A model generated the notes under the pieces. It was not told the DNA's origin. It did no database searches and was given only the letters and a program-made list of their open reading frames with translations. The position numbers and the translations under genes are program-made. Shown here one piece after another: positions 59,117-64,000 of a stretch of 64,000 nt of DNA (the first letter of the stretch is position 1; every line of letters starts with the position of its first letter). The DNA is taken from the NCBI RefSeq assembly GCF_036507355.1, contig NZ_AP027877.1. One strand, given 5' to 3'. The stretch comes from Escherichia coli (lineage in GTDB: Bacteria; Pseudomonadota; Gammaproteobacteria; Enterobacterales; Enterobacteriaceae).

Positions 59117-59564
59117 AATTTTAGTTTTGAGACATCTCTATGAGTCTCAAGGCAGTTAAAAAATAAAAATTATTTTTACCCGGTCACTTTGTAAAAAAGC
59201 GACCGGGTTTTTTGATATCTGTGTTTCGTGCGCTTAATCGAGCCTCACGCTTCAGTGAGCAAATTGCCCTCCCCAACAGACATCACGATTTGCAAGGTCA
59301 AAATCTCTGTTCCATGAAGTACCGTACAAAGATAAAGAGAACAATGCTTTATGCGGGATGTTGCTGTCGTGTCTTTATCGGGAAACTATACGTAATTACC
59401 ACTTGCCTTCTGTAATCAGAAAAAGAAGACCTGGAATTTTAATAAATATTATTTCTCTGGGGGAATTTTTATAATCAATATGACGAGTTGAATATTATAT
59501 TTTTTATAAGGATTATATGAGATTAAAGAAATCTGCCATAAAGACAGATTTCTTTAAAATATAA

Positions 59565-60281
59565 TTAGAGATTTGCGACGTTATGATAAACTTTTTGTAC
59601 ATCGTCGTCATCTTCAAGGGCATCAACAAGCCCTTCAAAGATTTCTAAATCTTCTGGGGAAAGCTCAACTTCTGATTGAGCAATCATTTCTAATTCTGTT
59701 GTTGAGAACTCAGTGATTCCAGCTGCTTTTAGAGCCGCGATTCCTTTATGAAGGTCAGTAGGTTCAGTATAAATAACAATGTTACCTTCTTCTTCAGTCA
59801 CATCACGAACATCAACTTCAGCTTCAAGTAAAATTTCAAAAATATGGTCAGGGTCTGTTCCTTTAAATACAATCACACCCGTATTGTCAAACATATAGCT
59901 GACAGAACCTGCCGCTCCGATATTGCCGCCTTTTTTATTGAAAATTGTGCGAACGTTAGCAATCGTACGGTTAACATTTGAAGTTAATGTCTCAGCGATA
60001 ATCATTGAGCCATTAGGACCAAAGCCTTCATAACGTCCCTGCACGAACGTTTCATCTCCGCCGCCTTTAGCTTTATCAATTGCTTTATCAATAACGTGCT
60101 TTGGAACTTGTGCCTGCTTTGCTCGTTCAATAACGAATTTTAAAGATGTGTTTAATTCTGGATCGGGTTCACCTTGTTTGGCAGCAGCATAGATTTCTAC
60201 ACCGAATTTTGCATAAATTTTAGACGTTGCACCGTCTTTAGCCGTTTTTTTAGCAACAATATTGGCCCATTTACGTCCCAC
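59565..60281 (-). CDS. yeeN: YebC/PmpR-family transcriptional regulator (238 aa)
   Basis: Family signature and position next to amn. Confidence 0.85.
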
Positions 60282-60623
60282 TGGAATGATCTCCTCGAAA
60301 ATTTATTTACATTACTGGTAAATCGTTAACATGTGTTAATTCGGCATATTATATCATAACAGGAAAAATCTCGTCTATTAGAAATAAAAATATTCTAAAG
60401 TCATAATCTCATATTTAATTTTATAAAAACTTATATTGTTGGCGGGATTTTTTATAATTGTGTTTTGAAAGCATACTTGCTTTTAATATGTGGAAATCAT
60501 TAAGACGATAATAAAACTCGTATCCGCCCAAGGAAGCAAACAGCCCGCGTTTATTGCGGGCTATTTGCCAGATGTCTTACTTAATCCTTCACATCTATTT
60601 TTGATAAGAAGGTTCAGAACTTA

Positions 60624-62078
60624 TTATCGGAACGGCGGCTCATTAAAGGTTCGTAATTTACGTGAATGCAGTCGGTCGCCTTCTGCGCGCAGCAAATCGA
60701 TCGCCCGAATGCCAATTTGCAGGTGTTCGGAAATAGCACCTTCATAAAAACGGTTAGCCTGGCCGGGAAGTTTAATCTCGCCATGCAACGGTTTATCTGA
60801 AACACACAGTAGTGTCCCGTATGGCACGCGGAAACGATATCCTTGCGCGGCAATGGTTGCACTTTCCATATCAATTGCTACGGCCCGGCTTAAGTTAAAA
60901 CGAAGTGCAGAAGCTGAGTAACGTAATTCCCAGTTCCTGTCATCAGTGGTTACTACAGTGCCAGTACGTAGCCGCTGTTTAACTTCCTCACCGGGCCTGC
61001 CGCTCACCAGCTTGGTGGCGTCATAAAGCGCACGTTGCACTTCAGCAATGCTCGGAATAGGAATATCGGGCGGCAGAACCGCATCAAGAACGTGGTCATC
61101 GCGTAAATAAGCGTGTGCAAGTACATAATCGCCAATGGCCTGACTTTCACGTAATCCGCCACAGTGACCAATCATCAACCAGACATCCGGGCGTAGCACT
61201 GCCAGATGATCGCAGATGGTTTTAGCATTTGACGGTCCCACGCCAATATTCACCAGAGTAATACCCTGACCATCGGCGGTAATTAAATGCCATGCTGGCA
61301 TCTGGTGTTTTTTCCATGCAAGGTCGGAAATGGCTTCTTCTGGCGCTTCGGTTTCGGCGGTGATCCAGTTCCCGCCAGCACAAGAAAGGGCAATGTAGGG
61401 ACTATCAGGATCGAGGATCTGGCTGCATCCCCAACGAACGAATTCATCCACATAACGTGTGTAGTTGGTAAACAAGACGAACGGCTGAAAATGTTCAACT
61501 GGCGTACCGGTATAATGGCGCAACCGTGCGAGGGAAAAATCGACGCGGCGCGCATCAAAATGCGATAGCGGGGAGAATTCAGTTGGATGATAAATGCCGT
61601 CTGCAGTTTCATCGCCAATTTGCGCCAGTTCTGTTGTCGGGAAGTAGCGAGTTAACCCAGCGCTCATTGAGCGATCAAGTGTCAATTCAGAGCCATCGAT
61701 GACATAAGGATAAGGGATTTCATGCTGCGAGGGTTGCACCGAGATATGCGCACCATAATCCTGATACAGCAACGTAAGTTGTTCATTAAGATACGAACGA
61801 AAGAGAGTAGGGCGAGTAATCGTGGTGGTGTAGCTGCCTGCGTGAGTAAAACGACCAAATGCGCGCGTTTTGGGGGGATTGGTTGTGCTACCGTCCCAGG
61901 TTACGGTCAGTGATGGATAGACAAAAAGACCTTGTTTGCGGGCGTTTTCATCAGGTAATTCGCCACTTGTAATATAGTTGCCAATGGCGTTGCGTAATGC
62001 GACTACAGATTGCTCATACAGCGCGTCGAGTTTATCCAGTGCCTGAGCTGGGGTCAGACCGGAGCCCTTATTATTCAT
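60624..62078 (-). CDS. amn: AMP nucleosidase (484 aa)
   Basis: Start at MNNKGSGLTPAQALD; the longer ORF in the track is an upstream extension. Confidence 0.9.
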   Translation of the reverse strand: MNNKGSGLTPAQALDKLDALYEQSVVALRNAIGNYITSGELPDENARKQGLFVYPSLTVTWDGSTTNPPKTRAFGRFTHAGSYTTTITRPTLFRSYLNEQLTLLYQDYGAHISVQPSQHEIPYPYVIDGSELTLDRSMSAGLTRYFPTTELAQIGDETADGIYHPTEFSPLSHFDARRVDFSLARLRHYTGTPVEHFQPFVLFTNYTRYVDEFVRWGCSQILDPDSPYIALSCAGGNWITAETEAPEEAISDLAWKKHQMPAWHLITADGQGITLVNIGVGPSNAKTICDHLAVLRPDVWLMIGHCGGLRESQAIGDYVLAHAYLRDDHVLDAVLPPDIPIPSIAEVQRALYDATKLVSGRPGEEVKQRLRTGTVVTTDDRNWELRYSASALRFNLSRAVAIDMESATIAAQGYRFRVPYGTLLCVSDKPLHGEIKLPGQANRFYEGAISEHLQIGIRAIDLLRAEGDRLHSRKLRTFNEPPFR

Positions 62079-62179
62079 GTGTGTCTCCTGTTCCATACAA
62101 TTACCGCACATCCGATAGTATGTCACAGGAATGTGAAACAAAAGTGTAAGGCGAAGATCGGATGATCTTCGCCAGGCTA

Positions 62180-63496
62180 TCAAGCGCGTTGATTGTCTTT
62201 CATCAACAAAGCGGTTATTGCGGAAATCAGGCATCCAGCCAGCAAATAAATGGCGACGCTATGCCAGTTCCCGGCAAAGTAAGTGATGAGTGCAGCGGCA
62301 ATAAAAGGTGTAAATCCACCACCAACCACACTGGCAACCTGATAACCGACTCCAGCGCCACTATAGCGATAACTGGCACCAAACATTTCGGTAAACATCG
62401 GTTGTTGCACACACACCACCATGTCATGCGCAATGTTTGCCAGCATTATGGAGAAGAAAACTATCCAGAAAATAGATTGTGCTTCAAGCGCCATAAAGAA
62501 AGGAAATGCGCTCAACGTTCCGATCAACGCGCCTGTGATATAAACCCTGCGGCGACCAAAACGATCGGCAAGCCAGGCAAAACAGGGAATTGTCAGGCAG
62601 CTTAATCCACCTACCAGCAAACCAATATTAAGGAAAAGTTCGCGCGGTAACCCCATATTCTGAGTTGAATAATTAAGTGCAAAGGCGGTAACGATGTACA
62701 TTGTCAGCAACTCGCACAGTCGTAGCGCAATAATCTTCAGGAAAGCACCGGGATGTCGTAACAGAGCTTCGATAACCGGGATACGTTTTTTCGCGGCCGC
62801 TTGATTATGTTGCTGTTGTTCGAATTCCGCGGACTCCTCCATGCCATTGCGCACCCACAATGCTCCCAGTACCAGTACGATGCTAAACAGGAAAGGAATA
62901 CGCCAGCCCCAGCTTAAAAACTGTTCGTCAGTCGTCATCATACTGATCAATGAAACTAGTCCGGTTGAAAGCAGTAAACCTACACCGTAGCCAACTTGTA
63001 CACCGCTACTGTAAAAGGCTTTTTTATTTTTTGGTGCACTTTCAACGGAAAGCAACGCCGCGCCTCCCCATTCGCCGCCGACGGCAAATCCCTGAATGGC
63101 ACGCAGCGTCACCAGTAAAATAGGTGCCCACCACCCAATGGTCGAGAATGAAGGAAGAATACCAATCAAGGCTGTCGCGATGCCCATCATCCAGACGGTC
63201 AGCATTAACATGCGCTTACGTCCCAGTCGGTCGCCAAAGTGACCGAAAATGACACCGCCGAGCGGACGGAAAAGGAATCCGACGCCAAAGGTAGCAAATG
63301 CGGCGAGCGTTCCCATCGCCGGGCTTACTTGCGGGAAAAACTCGCGATTAAACACCAGTGCGGCGGTAATGCCATAGAGTAAAAAATCATACCAGTCGAC
63401 GACGGCACCAGCGAAACTGCCTAACGCAGCTCGTCGGGCGCGACTTAACGAAACCGTCCTTTCATCGGGACGAGTGGAGATGAGCGTGGAGTCCAT
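62180..63496 (-). CDS. shiA: Shikimate transporter, MFS (438 aa)
   Basis: 12-TM MFS sugar-porter-like sequence; position next to amn. Confidence 0.85.
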   Translation of the reverse strand: MDSTLISTRPDERTVSLSRARRAALGSFAGAVVDWYDFLLYGITAALVFNREFFPQVSPAMGTLAAFATFGVGFLFRPLGGVIFGHFGDRLGRKRMLMLTVWMMGIATALIGILPSFSTIGWWAPILLVTLRAIQGFAVGGEWGGAALLSVESAPKNKKAFYSSGVQVGYGVGLLLSTGLVSLISMMTTDEQFLSWGWRIPFLFSIVLVLGALWVRNGMEESAEFEQQQHNQAAAKKRIPVIEALLRHPGAFLKIIALRLCELLTMYIVTAFALNYSTQNMGLPRELFLNIGLLVGGLSCLTIPCFAWLADRFGRRRVYITGALIGTLSAFPFFMALEAQSIFWIVFFSIMLANIAHDMVVCVQQPMFTEMFGASYRYSGAGVGYQVASVVGGGFTPFIAAALITYFAGNWHSVAIYLLAGCLISAITALLMKDNQRA

Positions 63497-63587
63497 AATG
63501 ATCCTGTTTGTACTGTCTTTTTATAATTAGTATGGAAAAGGTAACTCACATTGCCGTCGATCTATAAACTGAATCGCCACGGATAAT

Positions 63588-64000
63588 CTAGACACTTCCG
63601 AGCCGTTGATAATACTGGTTTTCATATTCTGTCGGTGACATCTGATCGCTGGAACCATGCCGACGCTTACTGTTATAAAACATTTCGATGTAATCAAAAA
63701 TATCGCTGCGGGCTTCTTCCCGCGTTCCGTAGATCTTTTTCTTTATCCGTTCGCGTTTCAACAACTGGAAAAAGCTTTCTGCAACCGCATTATCATGGCA
63801 GTTACCGCGACGGCTCATGCTGCCCTCCAGGCCGTGTGATTTCAGGAACGACTGCCACTCATGGCTTGTGTACTGACTGCCCTGATCCGAATGAACCAGC
63901 ACCTGTTTTTGGGGATTACGGCGCCATACAGCCATCAGCAGTGCGTTCAGGACAATGTCCTTTGTCATCCGGGATTGCATGGACCAGCCGATAATTTTGC
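63588..64000 (-). mobile_element. IS3-family insertion sequence, transposase OrfB C-terminal part (runs off window end)
   Basis: Integrase-core sequence (HSDQGSQYTS...RRGNCHDNAVAESFF...); frame is open to position 64000. Confidence 0.75.

Noticed and set aside
62079-62234. N-terminal extension of amn in the ORF track
   Set aside because: The recognisable N-terminus MNNKGSGL begins at 62078; the extension overlaps the shiA 3' end and has no family similarity.

Overview
This window reads as an Escherichia coli-type chromosome segment, in reverse orientation relative to the K-12 map, running from the colanic acid genes to shiA. All gene names are assigned from my reading of the translations and from gene order; no database search was run. 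Backbone order: wcaJ (partial), wzxC, wcaK, wcaL, wcaM, galF, a low-GC O-antigen cluster (two glycosyltransferases, manC, manB, wzy, wzx), gnd, ugd, wzzB, the his operon on the minus strand (hisIFAHBCDG, hisL, attenuator), yeeZ, yeeY, plaP, yeeE, yeeD, sbcB, dacD, sbmC, yeeA, yeeX, cobUST, ldtA, tRNA-Asn, nac, cbl, tRNA-Asn, yeeO, tRNA-Asn, yeeN, amn, shiA. Three accessory insertions interrupt it. (1) An island of about 8.1 kb at the 3' end of a tRNA-Asn gene (49119-57291), bounded by a 22-bp direct repeat. It carries a stand-alone reverse transcriptase gene split by an IS1 insertion with a 9-bp target duplication, a tyrosine recombinase with an in-frame 27-bp tandem duplication, a Ner-like gene, two tandemly duplicated HTH genes, a candidate type I toxin-antitoxin module (29-aa hydrophobic peptide with a long 5' UTR and an upstream repeat that could give a trans-pairing antisense sRNA), and a P4-type integrase. 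(2) A decayed prophage remnant between sbcB and dacD carrying a gtrABC-like O-antigen glucosylation module, a tail-fibre fragment and integrase fragments. (3) An IS3-family element running off the window end upstream of shiA. The reverse transcriptase with its roughly 670-bp repeat-containing noncoding leader, and the type I toxin candidate, are the most interesting items; the RT class cannot be assigned by eye.
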